Positions 40,253-50,251 of a DNA stretch of 64,000 bases are shown here, piece by piece. A program made the position numbers and the translations under genes. The notes below the pieces were generated by a model. That model was not told the DNA's origin and made no database searches. It was given only the letters and a program-made list of their open reading frames with translations. The first letter of the stretch is position 1, and the number at the start of each line of letters is the position of its first letter. This stretch comes from Spirochaetota bacterium (GTDB lineage Bacteria; Spirochaetota; UBA4802; UBA5550), in the NCBI GenBank assembly GCA_050298055.1, contig JBNKTL010000008.1, positions 32,001 through 96,000 on the forward strand. The letters are read 5' to 3'.

Positions 40253-40996
40253 ATGAAAGGATTTATACTTGCCGCAGGTTACGGTGAGAGGCTCCGCCCC
40301 CTTACCGATGAGGTCCCCAAACCCCTGATACCAATTGCAGGAATTCCCTCAATATGCTATTCCCTGGCACTCCTGAAAAAGAACGGTATTACCGAGGTCA
40401 TATGCAATCTCCACTACAGGTATGGTGATGTTCTGGATTTTTTCCGGAGGAACGGGAACTTCGGTTTTAACCTGGAGTTTTCCCTGGAGGAGGAGCTGCT
40501 GGGAACAGGGGGGGGATTGAAAAAGTGCGAATCCTTTTTAAAGGATGATAATTTTATCCTTCTTAACAGTGACATTATAACAGACCTTGACCTGGAGAAT
40601 ATGGGGGATGAGTTTCACCGTTCAGGGGGAAAAGGGATGCTTTCACTCTTTCCCCTGGATAAAGGGAGCCTTCCCGGAACAGTTTCAGTGGAAAAAGACC
40701 TTGTTGTGGATTTTAACGGCATGCTTGATTCGGGGATTACTCCCCTTTATGATTATATGGGTGCGGCACTACTGACACCGGCTGTTTTTGACTACCTTGT
40801 TCCGGAACATTCCTGTATTGTGAGGACGGGATACAGCAGCCTGGCCAGGGAGGGGAAGCTCGGTTCATTTGTCCATAAAGGTCTCTGGACGGATATCGGT
40901 TCACAGGAAAAACTTAAGGGAGCGGACAGGTACCTCCGGGAGGAAGGAGCGGCATTTATAAAGGAGTTAAAAGAGATCCTGGGGGAAATAAAGTAA
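40253..40996 (+). CDS. NDP-sugar nucleotidyltransferase (MurU / mannose-1-P guanylyltransferase-like)
   Basis: MKGFILAAGYGERLRPLTDEVPKPL, EELLGTGGG, NSDI, WTDIG. Confidence 0.85.
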   Translation: MKGFILAAGYGERLRPLTDEVPKPLIPIAGIPSICYSLALLKKNGITEVICNLHYRYGDVLDFFRRNGNFGFNLEFSLEEELLGTGGGLKKCESFLKDDNFILLNSDIITDLDLENMGDEFHRSGGKGMLSLFPLDKGSLPGTVSVEKDLVVDFNGMLDSGITPLYDYMGAALLTPAVFDYLVPEHSCIVRTGYSSLAREGKLGSFVHKGLWTDIGSQEKLKGADRYLREEGAAFIKELKEILGEIK

Positions 40997-41000
40997 GCGG

Positions 41001-42848
41001 TCAGCGGGTATATCCTTCCGGTTCATTATCAGAGATTATCCTGAACTCCACCCTCCTGTTAAAATCAGAGTACCTGGTCTTTCTTGTGTAAACAGCGGGG
41101 TGGTGGCTCCCCACACCCTTAATGCTGAACCTCGCCCGGTTGAGTCCGAACTTGATCATGTAATCCCTCACAGTTTTTGCCCTGAGATAGCTTATCCTCC
41201 TGTTTTTTTCAAGAGGTCCGAACCTGTCCGAATGTCCCACTATCTCCAGCTTTGTGCTTCTGTGCCGGCGCATGTAGTTTATCATGCTGTGAATAACCGG
41301 GTAGTATTCGAGCTTGATCTGTGTTGAATTTGAGCTGAAATAAACAGGTTTGAATATGAACTCGCCGTTTTTTTCAGCCGGGCTTTTTATGATAACCGGT
41401 TTTTTTTCTTTCCTCCGTTCGGGAACAGGCGTTAGTTCCATAAGGACCCGTGTATCCTTTCCCCGTGTAACCTTCACCAGTTTATCGGCCGCCCTGTAAC
41501 CTTTCTGTGCCACTTTGATCTCAATCCATTTTATATCATCTTTGGGTGCTATAAAGAGCCAGCCGTAGCGGCTGCTTCTCCGTATGACTGATCTCAGCGG
41601 TTTCTCCACGGGATTTGATGAATCTTTGAGATCGATTTTGAACCTGGCGGATACGGGTATTTTTCTCTGTTTTTTTATGACCCTTATTTTTAACCGTGTG
41701 GTTATGGCAGTATCGGGAAGGGCTTTATCTTTCTCTACTTTCTCAACCTTTATTGTGTTCGGGACCTTTGCTTTCTCATCCTTTCTTTCACTCTCTTTCT
41801 CCGCTTCAACAGGCTTTATTTCCGCTACCGTTTCCTTTTCTTTTACAGGTCTTTTTTCAACAGGTGTATCGGTAAATTTTTCTTTTTGACTGTAGTAATC
41901 TTCAGGGAGAATTTCGGAAACCCTGGGTATGTTTATCTTCCTGATATCAGCGAAATAGATATCATACTTCCCAAAACCTCCTTCCCTGTTTGTGGAAAAA
42001 TAGAGCCTGTTTCCCACCTCAGTCATAAAGAGGTCGTTGCCCGGGGAGTTGATCTCGGGGCCAAGATTGACAACTTTTGTAAACTGACCGTCTACGAGAT
42101 AGGCAAAGTAGATGTCCCAGCCCCCGAATCCTTTTTTTCTCCTTGATGAAAAGTAGAAACCGGACCTCAGGTGAGAAGGAGTAAATGAAATTTCGTAATT
42201 TCCGGTATTGACCGGTCCGGGCAGTTCTTTAATATCGGTGTACTGCCCGTTTTTCAGAACGGCCCGGTAAATCTTCGATTTTCTGATATTCTTATAGGGC
42301 CATCGGGAAAAATAGAGTGTATGCTTATCGGGGCTCAGGCGCGGGGATCTCTCATTGTTTTTCGTGTTTACATCTCCGGGTATCGGTTCCGGTTCTGTCC
42401 ATTTTCCTTCAACTTTCCGTGAGAAATAGATGTCATATGTCATTCTCGTCCTGCTGGAATAGGAACCTCTCTTGCGGCTCAGCCTGTCAGACGCAAAAAC
42501 AATCAGTGTCCCGTCGGGGGTGATGAAGGGTGTTTCGTCATTGTCATACCGGGAATTGAGGATTTCAAAGTATTCCGGTGTTGTCCATCTTTTGTTTTTA
42601 AACCGCGATATGTATATGTTGTGACTTGCCTCGTTTTTAAGTTTGGAATTGAAAAGGAGTATCTTCCCGTCTGCGGTGAGGGTGGGAGAAAAGTCGTCAC
42701 CGGAACTGTTTATGGGGAACCTCATATTCAGTACCTTTGATACTTCAATGGGATTTTTCAGTGAACCTCTCAGGCCGGTGATGATAGAGAGGATCAGCAA
42801 AACTGCCAGGACCGAAATTCTGTAGGATTTTTTCTTTTTCATATTCAT
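41001..42848 (-). CDS. OmpA-family peptidoglycan-binding protein with PD40 (WD40-like) repeats
   Basis: INSSGDDFSPTLTADG, GGFGKYDIY repeats; C-terminal VYFSSNS...EIVGHSD...NRRVEF. Confidence 0.9.
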   Translation of the reverse strand: MNMKKKKSYRISVLAVLLILSIITGLRGSLKNPIEVSKVLNMRFPINSSGDDFSPTLTADGKILLFNSKLKNEASHNIYISRFKNKRWTTPEYFEILNSRYDNDETPFITPDGTLIVFASDRLSRKRGSYSSRTRMTYDIYFSRKVEGKWTEPEPIPGDVNTKNNERSPRLSPDKHTLYFSRWPYKNIRKSKIYRAVLKNGQYTDIKELPGPVNTGNYEISFTPSHLRSGFYFSSRRKKGFGGWDIYFAYLVDGQFTKVVNLGPEINSPGNDLFMTEVGNRLYFSTNREGGFGKYDIYFADIRKINIPRVSEILPEDYYSQKEKFTDTPVEKRPVKEKETVAEIKPVEAEKESERKDEKAKVPNTIKVEKVEKDKALPDTAITTRLKIRVIKKQRKIPVSARFKIDLKDSSNPVEKPLRSVIRRSSRYGWLFIAPKDDIKWIEIKVAQKGYRAADKLVKVTRGKDTRVLMELTPVPERRKEKKPVIIKSPAEKNGEFIFKPVYFSSNSTQIKLEYYPVIHSMINYMRRHRSTKLEIVGHSDRFGPLEKNRRISYLRAKTVRDYMIKFGLNRARFSIKGVGSHHPAVYTRKTRYSDFNRRVEFRIISDNEPEGYTR

Positions 42849-42873
42849 CGTTGATTGTTTATGTTTTCTCTCA

Positions 42874-42995
42874 TTACTCAGCTATATGGTTATTTTTAAC
42901 TTATTTACTAAAAATATCAACAATATATCCCCGCCGCCGAAGGCGGCGGGGACATATCAATTTCCTTTTCTTTATTATAATCGATAAGAATATAT
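42874..42995. repeat. fold-back repeat family 1, copy D
   Basis: tactcagctatatggtta...atatatccccgccgcc-gaa-ggcggcggggacatat. Confidence 0.8.
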
Positions 42996-43071
42996 CAATA
43001 CTTCAGTTTTTAATCAATATTTTAATTATTATGTCGATAATTAGGAATGTATTGTCAGGAGGCTTAATATA

Positions 43072-43872
43072 ATGAGGATTCTCACGATCATTTCGTGTAT
43101 AACAGCTGTTTTACTTATCTCTTCAAGCCAATATACAGAGCTTGGAGCCCAGCAATCCTATGAAGATTATATGTACAGCCGTGAAAAAAACCTCAACAGG
43201 GACAGGCCGCTTTCTGAGATCCGTACCGGTGACAGTGATGATGTGATGGATGATATCAGGGGTGCTGTCAGGGAAGAGATTGATGAAACAATAAACAAGG
43301 AAAGAAAGGCCAGCAAAAAGAAGATCGATAAAAACAGGTTTATCAAGGATATAAGACAGATAGTCAGGGAAGAGATCGAGGACGCGATCAAGATAAAGGA
43401 AAAGAACTATCTTCATTTCGGGACCGTGGAAATTGGCGGTTTTGTCTCATACCAGGTCAAGGGCCTGGAGAGCAATGAGAATGACAACAATACAATTATT
43501 AAGCTTTTTCCCATGATAAATTATTTTATTCACACCAACGTAGCCATAGGCCTGAAAGGGGAGGCGGACCTTAATCTCACTCAGGACACCAAGAGTTATA
43601 ATGCCGGGATTGGTCCTGTTTTTATTTACGGAATTGACAACGCGAACCAGTTCTGTTTCTACGCGTCAATATTTGCCGGGGCAAGCATGAACTCCGCACT
43701 GAATGATCAATACGGTTACAGGTACGGAAATGAAATTGGATTAAAATTCATCCTCACGAGCGGTGTTATTATGAATGTGGGTGTCATGATTGTTTTCGAT
43801 AATGCAGGGGACAATGTCACCGGGTTTCAAAATATCATCGAGCCTACCATAGGCATATCAGCCTGGTTCTAG
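43072..43872 (+). CDS. putative outer-membrane beta-barrel protein with N-terminal helical repeats
   Basis: Signal peptide, DIRGAVREEI / DIRQIVREEI repeat, amphipathic strands, C-terminal ISAWF. Confidence 0.65.
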   Translation: MRILTIISCITAVLLISSSQYTELGAQQSYEDYMYSREKNLNRDRPLSEIRTGDSDDVMDDIRGAVREEIDETINKERKASKKKIDKNRFIKDIRQIVREEIEDAIKIKEKNYLHFGTVEIGGFVSYQVKGLESNENDNNTIIKLFPMINYFIHTNVAIGLKGEADLNLTQDTKSYNAGIGPVFIYGIDNANQFCFYASIFAGASMNSALNDQYGYRYGNEIGLKFILTSGVIMNVGVMIVFDNAGDNVTGFQNIIEPTIGISAWF

Positions 43873-43973
43873 TACTTCGACTGTGTGATTTTAACTATTT
43901 GCAAAAAATATAACCCCTGAATGAACCGGGGGTTACAAAAATAGATTTGTATAAAATCACACGGGCTCAGCAC
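43872..43973. repeat. palindromic repeat family 3, copy 1
   Basis: tacttcgactgtgtgatttt...aaaatcacacgggctcagca; inverted homologue at 60237-60340. Confidence 0.7.
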
Positions 43974-44026
43974 TGGTTATCATTACGGCGTTAATTATTT
44001 TTAAGCCTGCCATCCCGGGCGCAGTG

Positions 44027-44074
44027 AAGCGAAGACCGGGATAAAGTGAATTACCACTTGCGCGGGAATGACAG
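44027..44074. repeat. REP-like short palindromes
   Basis: atcccgggcgcagtgaagcgaagaccgggat hairpin followed by attaccacttgcgcgggaatgac. Confidence 0.5.
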
Positions 44075-44085
44075 AGGAGAACAAG

Positions 44086-45240
44086 TTGGTAAAGACGGGA
44101 CTTGACAAATTCCTGGAAGAAGCTGATAAGTACCGGGGGAGAAACATCGCGCTCCTGGTAAACCATTCATCGGTAACAGGTGACTGCAGGTACATCTGGG
44201 ACATTCTCCCCGGGAAAGGGCTGAATGTTAAGAGAATATTCTCGCCCGAGCACGGACTGTTCGGTACCGAGCAGGACCAGGTCCCTGTATCGTACCAGCC
44301 GGACCCCGGTGTTGAAGTTGTAAGCCTCTATTCCCATACATATGACTCCCTTTTTCCCGCGAAGAGGTATCTTGCAGATATCGATATGGTCATATTTGAC
44401 ATGCAGGATGTGGGCAGCAGGTACTATACATATATTCACACCATGGTCTTTTTTATGAAGGCAATCAGCGGAATGGACATGGAGTTCATTGTGCTGGACA
44501 GACCCAATCCCCTGGGAGGCAGGGTTGAAGGGCCTTTATTGAAAAAAGGATTTGAGTCATTTGTGGGTGTCCTTCCTGTTCCGGTGAGGCACGGGCTCAC
44601 GGCCGGAGAACTTGCACTCCTGGCAGCGGAACATTTTGATCTGGGTATCAATCTCAGAATAATAAAAACCGAAGGATGGGAGAGGAGCATGCTTTTTCCG
44701 GAAACCGGGCTCCCCTGGGTCCCCCCCTCACCAAACATGCCCTCCTTTGCCACGGCTCTTGTCTATCCCGGAATGTGCCTTTTCGAGGGACTGAATGTTT
44801 CCGAAGGGAGGGGGACCACCACCCCCTTTGAAAATTTCGGCGCCCCTTATATGGACCCCTACCTGCTTGCAGGGGAACTTAACTCCGGGAGCATTGAGGG
44901 CGTTTACTTCAGGCCCCTCTATTTTATTCCAACTTTTCACAAGTACAGGGAGAATGTGGTGGGTGGAGTATTTATCCATGTTACGGACAGAGATCTTTTC
45001 ATGCCGTTTGCTGCCGGTGTGGCAATGGTCCATACCATAAAAAGACTCTATCCCGAACTTATCTTCCTTGATGATGTTTACGAATTTAATACGGAACATC
45101 CTTCCTTTGACCTTTTGTCCGGAAACAGTGAAATACGCCGTATGATCGGGGAGGGTGAGAAGATGGATATTATCAGAGAGAGCTGGCTGGATGATGAGGA
45201 GAAGTTCAGGAATATGAGGGAGCAGTACCTCCTCTATTAA
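44086..45240 (+). CDS. namZ: exo-beta-N-acetylmuramidase NamZ family (DUF1343)
   Basis: VKTGLD, FSPEHGLFG, FDMQDVGSRYYTY, LDRPNPLGG, RHGLTAGELA, WVPPSPNMP, SEGRGTTTPF. TTG start after AGGAG preferred over ATG 44068. Confidence 0.9.
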   Translation: MVKTGLDKFLEEADKYRGRNIALLVNHSSVTGDCRYIWDILPGKGLNVKRIFSPEHGLFGTEQDQVPVSYQPDPGVEVVSLYSHTYDSLFPAKRYLADIDMVIFDMQDVGSRYYTYIHTMVFFMKAISGMDMEFIVLDRPNPLGGRVEGPLLKKGFESFVGVLPVPVRHGLTAGELALLAAEHFDLGINLRIIKTEGWERSMLFPETGLPWVPPSPNMPSFATALVYPGMCLFEGLNVSEGRGTTTPFENFGAPYMDPYLLAGELNSGSIEGVYFRPLYFIPTFHKYRENVVGGVFIHVTDRDLFMPFAAGVAMVHTIKRLYPELIFLDDVYEFNTEHPSFDLLSGNSEIRRMIGEGEKMDIIRESWLDDEEKFRNMREQYLLY

Positions 45241-45265
45241 TCTTATGAAAGGAGCCGGATAGTCT

Positions 45266-46699
45266 ATGGGTCTGGATGCCGCGGTCATTACAGTCTATAT
45301 CATACTGATTAACCTTATCGGGATCAGGTATTCAAAGGCGGGTAACATGGGAGACTATTTCCTGGGAAACAGAAGTATTCACTGGCTCCCCGCCAGTTTC
45401 TCCATTGTGGCAACGGAGACAAGTACCCTCACATTTATCTCCATACCCGGACTTGCCTATATAAAGGGAATGGGATTTATGCAGATTACCCTGGGGTATC
45501 TCATGGGAAGGGTCCTGGTTGCGGTTTTACTCCTTCCCGGTTACTTTAATGGCAATATACAGACGGTCTATGAATTTCTCCAGGAGAGGTTCGGTGTCTC
45601 GTCACGGAAGCTCCTTTCGGTTGTGTTTCACATAACGAGACTTCTGGCGGACAGTGTGAGGCTTTTCGCCACGGCCATTCCCCTTCATCTCCTTGCCGGT
45701 CTTGACTTCAGCGTATCCATCATTATCATCGGTGCGGCGACCTTCATCTATACCTTTTACGGCGGGATAAAATCTGTGGTCATCGTTGACTCGGTACAGC
45801 TGGTTCTCTATATCTTCTGCGCGCTGGTCTGCCTGATGATCATCCCTGAACTTATGGGGAAGTCCTTTACCGATGTTTTCACCCTGATCCCCCCGGAGAG
45901 GATGAAAATATTCTCAACAGGTTTTGAGGACGGGGGATCAGTATGGAATTCCTATAATATCTTCTCCGGTGTTATCGGCGGCCTTTTTCTCTCATTCGCG
46001 TCTCATGGGACCGACCATCTTATTGTGCAGAGGGTCCTCTCGTGCAGAGACCTCAAATCCGCAAAAAAAGCGATGATTTCAAGCGGGATCGCGGTGATGT
46101 TCCAGTTTTTCCTCTTTCTCCTGGTGGGGCTCTTCATAATGGTTTTCCTGGAGAATAAAAGTTTTGGTAAACCCGACGAGATAATGCCTTTCTTTATCAT
46201 CAATTATCTCCCGGACGGCCTGAGAGGACTCATGCTGGCAGGGATCTTTGCCGCGGCAATGTCCACGCTCAGTTCCTCCATAAATTCCCTTTCCGCCTCG
46301 ACTGCAATGGACCTGTTGGAAATTAACAACAGGGATATTTCAGATGCAAAAAAAATCAGGATATCACGGATGATCTCTCTTTTCTGGACTTTTATTATTG
46401 TCCTTATCTCCACGCTGCTCACCGATACGGGGAATCCGCTGGTTGAGCTGGGGCTTGCAATAGCCTCTGTTACATACGGAGGGATACTGGGAATTTTTCT
46501 CCTGGGAAGGTTCTTCCCGTTACTGGGTGAAAAGCCGGCAATTGCGGGTTCACTGGCGGGGATAGGCCTGACTGCGGTTATTGCAGGGAGCGGAAAGGTC
46601 TTCTGGCCCTGGTATGTCCCCATAGGGACTTTGATCACTGTTGTGGCGGGTATGCTGATTCATTATGCGGGGAAGATTCAGTCAGTTCATAATGGGTAA
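45266..46699 (+). CDS. sodium:solute symporter (SSS family)
   Basis: DYFLGNRS, SIVATETSTLTFISIPGLAY, YEFLQERFG, GTDHLIVQR, AAAMSTLSSSINSL. Confidence 0.92.
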   Translation: MGLDAAVITVYIILINLIGIRYSKAGNMGDYFLGNRSIHWLPASFSIVATETSTLTFISIPGLAYIKGMGFMQITLGYLMGRVLVAVLLLPGYFNGNIQTVYEFLQERFGVSSRKLLSVVFHITRLLADSVRLFATAIPLHLLAGLDFSVSIIIIGAATFIYTFYGGIKSVVIVDSVQLVLYIFCALVCLMIIPELMGKSFTDVFTLIPPERMKIFSTGFEDGGSVWNSYNIFSGVIGGLFLSFASHGTDHLIVQRVLSCRDLKSAKKAMISSGIAVMFQFFLFLLVGLFIMVFLENKSFGKPDEIMPFFIINYLPDGLRGLMLAGIFAAAMSTLSSSINSLSASTAMDLLEINNRDISDAKKIRISRMISLFWTFIIVLISTLLTDTGNPLVELGLAIASVTYGGILGIFLLGRFFPLLGEKPAIAGSLAGIGLTAVIAGSGKVFWPWYVPIGTLITVVAGMLIHYAGKIQSVHNG

Positions 46700-46742
46700 A
46701 TCTAATTGACAAATAGCCTTATAAAGGAATAATAACTCAAGG

Positions 46743-46884
46743 TAACTATTCAGCTCTATGGTTAAAAGCAATTGTATTTTCTGAAATATTAACAATATGT
46801 CCCCGCCGCCTTCGGCGGCGGGGACATATCAGTTTTGTTTTTTCGATAAATATGATTGTTTTTAAAACTAAACTTGAGTAGTTG
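46743..46884. repeat. fold-back repeat family 1, copy E (142 bp)
   Basis: taactattcagc...atatgtccccgccgcc-ttc-ggcggcggggacatat...gagtagttg; the whole element is an imperfect palindrome. Confidence 0.85.
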
Positions 46885-46917
46885 CAACTTAAGAAACAAT
46901 TGAAATTTCAAGAAGAT

Positions 46918-47868
46918 ATGAGCGAAGATAAAGAGAAAGTCAGAGATTTTGTTGATCACCTTTTCAGCAATCCCAATATATCAAGTGAAACGACGCTGAT
47001 TGCCGAGGGTTTACTGATTAATTTTATTATCCAGAATATGAACCAGTTAAAACTGACTTTTAAAACTCCCCAGTTTTTTCCACATCTTGAATGGAACCAG
47101 GTCCTTCAGCTTATACTCTCCGATCTGTATGAGCGGGTATCCTCCGAGGTGCTTCCTGTTCTCGATGAATTCTTTGAAGAGATGGATTATGATGCCCTGG
47201 AACGGATATCTGACAACAGCAATTTTCCCGCCGACTTTCAGCAGGAGAAACTGAAAAGTTTTGTCAGGACAATAATTAAGAACAAGGATGTGAGATACAA
47301 CCTCAACAGTACCGTGACAATGCTGAAGAATAAGACCGTCGATAACTATATCGGCGAGATCTTCAACCACAGGGGGTTCCTTTTTAACGAGATAACAAGG
47401 GTCCAGAAAAACAACCTTGAGGTGGGGGAATATATTGTCTTCGCAAAGATCCTCCTTATCCTGAGAAGCGGGGCCCATATGAAGATAGATTCCCCTTCTA
47501 CCGGAACTACAAAGAAACTCAGCCTCAACGAAGCCCTGAGGATGAGAGGCAAACTTCAAAATTACCTGGGGGACCTGGCGCAGTATATTAAGCAGCAAAT
47601 CCCGTTTCTTTCCAATAAGACCATTACCCTTGCCGTTAAGTCGAATCTTCAGAGGCAGATGACCGATCTGGAGGAGGGGGTATCCAGGCTCCTCTACATC
47701 CTCTGCACCCGGTATCACAACTATAAACCGGTGGGAAAGATCGACCGGGGTGCCGAATCACCCGATAAGAGCTGGTTCTCTATCGCAAAAAAGAATGCCG
47801 AGTATTACGGTTTTGATAAAAGAATGCTGGATGAGCTGTATATGATAGCCGGAGATAACAACTGGTAA
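46918..47868 (+). CDS. conserved hypothetical protein (spirochaete-type)
   Basis: Long ORF; the C-terminus IDRGAESPDKSWFSIAKKN...ELYMIAGDNNW looks conserved. Start uncertain (46882-46918). Confidence 0.75.
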   Translation: MSEDKEKVRDFVDHLFSNPNISSETTLIAEGLLINFIIQNMNQLKLTFKTPQFFPHLEWNQVLQLILSDLYERVSSEVLPVLDEFFEEMDYDALERISDNSNFPADFQQEKLKSFVRTIIKNKDVRYNLNSTVTMLKNKTVDNYIGEIFNHRGFLFNEITRVQKNNLEVGEYIVFAKILLILRSGAHMKIDSPSTGTTKKLSLNEALRMRGKLQNYLGDLAQYIKQQIPFLSNKTITLAVKSNLQRQMTDLEEGVSRLLYILCTRYHNYKPVGKIDRGAESPDKSWFSIAKKNAEYYGFDKRMLDELYMIAGDNNW

Positions 47869-47873
47869 TAAAA

Positions 47874-49013
47874 ATGAAACTACGAGATTTTCTTGAAAAC
47901 TTTATCCTTGTTGCCATTGTTCTTGTGCTGGTACAGACGTTTCTTTCGGAGGCCAGCGTCTACGGGCACTGGAGTGTAAAAACACGAAATATCCTTATTT
48001 ACTGCGGGTTCGCGTTCGACCTGATATTCTCCGTGGAATTCATCACGAGGACAGTTTTTGCCGGGAAAGGGAAAAAAGAGAAGTTCCGCTACTGGTTTTA
48101 TGAAAGGGGCTGGGTCGATTTTATCAGTTCGGTCCCCCTCCTGGTCCTGGATTCCGGGCCATCGGTCCTCTTTCTTCTTTCCGGGGCAACAGGGGCGGCC
48201 GGGTCGGAGGTGGGAGTGCTCAATGTCCTGAAGGTTGTAAAAGCCATAAGGGTCACACGGATACTCAGGCTTGTACGAATAATCAAGATCTTCGGTAAAA
48301 TCCACAACGCGGAATCAAAAATGGCCCAGCATCATACGGCCACGATCTCTACCACGGCAGTTTTTACTATCGTTATGACCCTGATGGTATTTTCCTTTTT
48401 TACAGACAGTTCAGGTTCGGGAAAGATCTCCGAGAGAAAACGGGAATATATAAGTTACTTGGAGGTCTTTAAGGGCATGGGGGAGGATGCAAAGATCCCG
48501 GTTGATGAAATTGTCATGACCATGTTCACCGGTGACAGGAAGATTATAAAAGTCTCTGACGGGAAAAAGAACATTGTTGAAAACATCAACAAGGAATATT
48601 TAAAAAAGTATTACAACCATGAAGACTCTGTTACGGCTAAGGCCGGGAAATATACCCTCTTCATATCCATCACGGATATTAACGGGGATATAGCCCAGGA
48701 GCATATCAAGAGCTTCCTGATAATCGTATTTGTTGTTCTCTCTTTTATGATAATCTATACCATGCACTTTGTTAAAAATATCAGTGATCTTGTCCATATT
48801 CTTAACAAGGGACTGAGAAAGAAGGATTATAGTTTGCAGATCAAAATAAAGGATATCTATAAAGACCATGAGGTCTTCAGGGTCGCAAAGTTCTATAATG
48901 ACGCGTATCTTCCGGCCAAACTCAAGAGAAACCGGGAAGAGAATGAAAAAAAGAGTTCCCGTCTCTCCATGAAAGACCTGATGGATTTCAAGAGCGGGGA
49001 TGGGGCGGAGTGA
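47874..49013 (+). CDS. membrane protein with an ion-transport voltage-sensor-like (S1-S4) domain
   Basis: FDLIFSVEF (S2), WVDFISSVP (S3), KVVKAIRVTRILRLVRIIK (S4), then TM, soluble loop, TM and a cytoplasmic tail. Confidence 0.75.
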   Translation: MKLRDFLENFILVAIVLVLVQTFLSEASVYGHWSVKTRNILIYCGFAFDLIFSVEFITRTVFAGKGKKEKFRYWFYERGWVDFISSVPLLVLDSGPSVLFLLSGATGAAGSEVGVLNVLKVVKAIRVTRILRLVRIIKIFGKIHNAESKMAQHHTATISTTAVFTIVMTLMVFSFFTDSSGSGKISERKREYISYLEVFKGMGEDAKIPVDEIVMTMFTGDRKIIKVSDGKKNIVENINKEYLKKYYNHEDSVTAKAGKYTLFISITDINGDIAQEHIKSFLIIVFVVLSFMIIYTMHFVKNISDLVHILNKGLRKKDYSLQIKIKDIYKDHEVFRVAKFYNDAYLPAKLKRNREENEKKSSRLSMKDLMDFKSGDGAE

Positions 49014-49961
49014 TTACTCATATACCTCAATGATCTTCAGGGACGAGTACTCGGGTAGATCGTCACTGTGAAAATCTTCATCAAAAACAATTAATATCTC
49101 CGTTCGTATGTTTTCCTTGATGATAAAATAAAATTCCCCGGTGAGTTTCCTTACAAAATCTATGCCACGGCCTGTTTCCGAAACCATAGCTGAGACATCT
49201 TCCCCTGTTTCAACAGACTCCTCAATGAGCTGTTCCTGTTCAATAACCGAGTTTATGCTCTCCAGTATCTTCATTTTTGTGAGATTCCCGTTGTAATCAT
49301 CAATTGCGATTCCGTACCCGGTTTTACCGTATCCGAAAAAGAGGTCTACATATTTCCCTTCATTAAGTTCAAGGGATTTCCGGGCAATCTTCATCTCGGT
49401 ATGCCCGTGGGAGTGATAAACAGCATTGATTGCCATTTCATTAAGCACCAGGCTGAAAGCCATCCTGTCCCTGATGGTAAATCCATCGGCTTCAATCTCA
49501 TTCATGATAACAGGAATTGCTTTCTGGATATGAGAAGACTTGGTAATCCTGATTTTTTTTATTTCCACGAGGTCTTTCATATAGTTATTGAGACCGAAAA
49601 TGTTCTTTTTTGTAATGAGTTTCTCAACCAGTTTTAAAAGTTCATCGCGTTTTATGGGTTTGCAGAGTATATTGCCTATCCCCTCTTTAAATATCTGTTC
49701 GAAGAAGGCATTCATATTTTTTTCAGTGGTCATAATAACGGGTATATAGGGGTAATTCTGCTTAATATATTTATAGAGGTCAAATGCGTTGTCCCCGGGA
49801 AGTTCTACCTCTGAAATAATCAGGTGAAAATCAAAGGCCTTCAGTTTGGACATTGCGTCATAAGCTGATGTGCAGAGTTCAATCCTGTACTGGTTGTTTT
49901 CCAGAATTTTTACCAGTGATTCTTTATAATCAGAAAAATCAACGATTAGTATATTATACAT
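49014..49961 (-). CDS. response regulator receiver fused to an HATPase-like (anti-sigma/RsbW-type) domain
   Basis: YNILIVDFS, LIISEVELPG (Glu at the phospho-Asp position), KPI; LNEMAINAVYH N-box and GRGIDFVRKL G-box. Confidence 0.75.
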   Translation of the reverse strand: MYNILIVDFSDYKESLVKILENNQYRIELCTSAYDAMSKLKAFDFHLIISEVELPGDNAFDLYKYIKQNYPYIPVIMTTEKNMNAFFEQIFKEGIGNILCKPIKRDELLKLVEKLITKKNIFGLNNYMKDLVEIKKIRITKSSHIQKAIPVIMNEIEADGFTIRDRMAFSLVLNEMAINAVYHSHGHTEMKIARKSLELNEGKYVDLFFGYGKTGYGIAIDDYNGNLTKMKILESINSVIEQEQLIEESVETGEDVSAMVSETGRGIDFVRKLTGEFYFIIKENIRTEILIVFDEDFHSDDLPEYSSLKIIEVYE

Positions 49962-50179
49962 TTTTTATAACATTTTTTATACGGCAGTTATACTAAAATT
50001 GCCGAAATGAATTATGTGTAAATTGTGACCACTCAACACTGTCATCAGAATAAGCATATTGGGTAAAATTCCCAATAACAGGTCCCTGCCGCTTTGGGTG
50101 GGCGGGGGCATGTTCGTTGCAATTTTAACAAATAGAATTATTCCTGTACATTGTCGAGTCGTTTCCTTTAATTTAGTAA

Positions 50180-50208
50180 TTGACGTACTAAATAAAATTT
50201 GATATTTT
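50180..50208 (+). promoter_or_regulatory. sigma70-like promoter
   Basis: TTGACG-17 bp-TATTTT with an extended -10 TG. Confidence 0.4.
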
Positions 50209-50251
50209 TGCAACAAATAATTTTGTTGAGAAGGAGTGCATGGAGGTTAAA

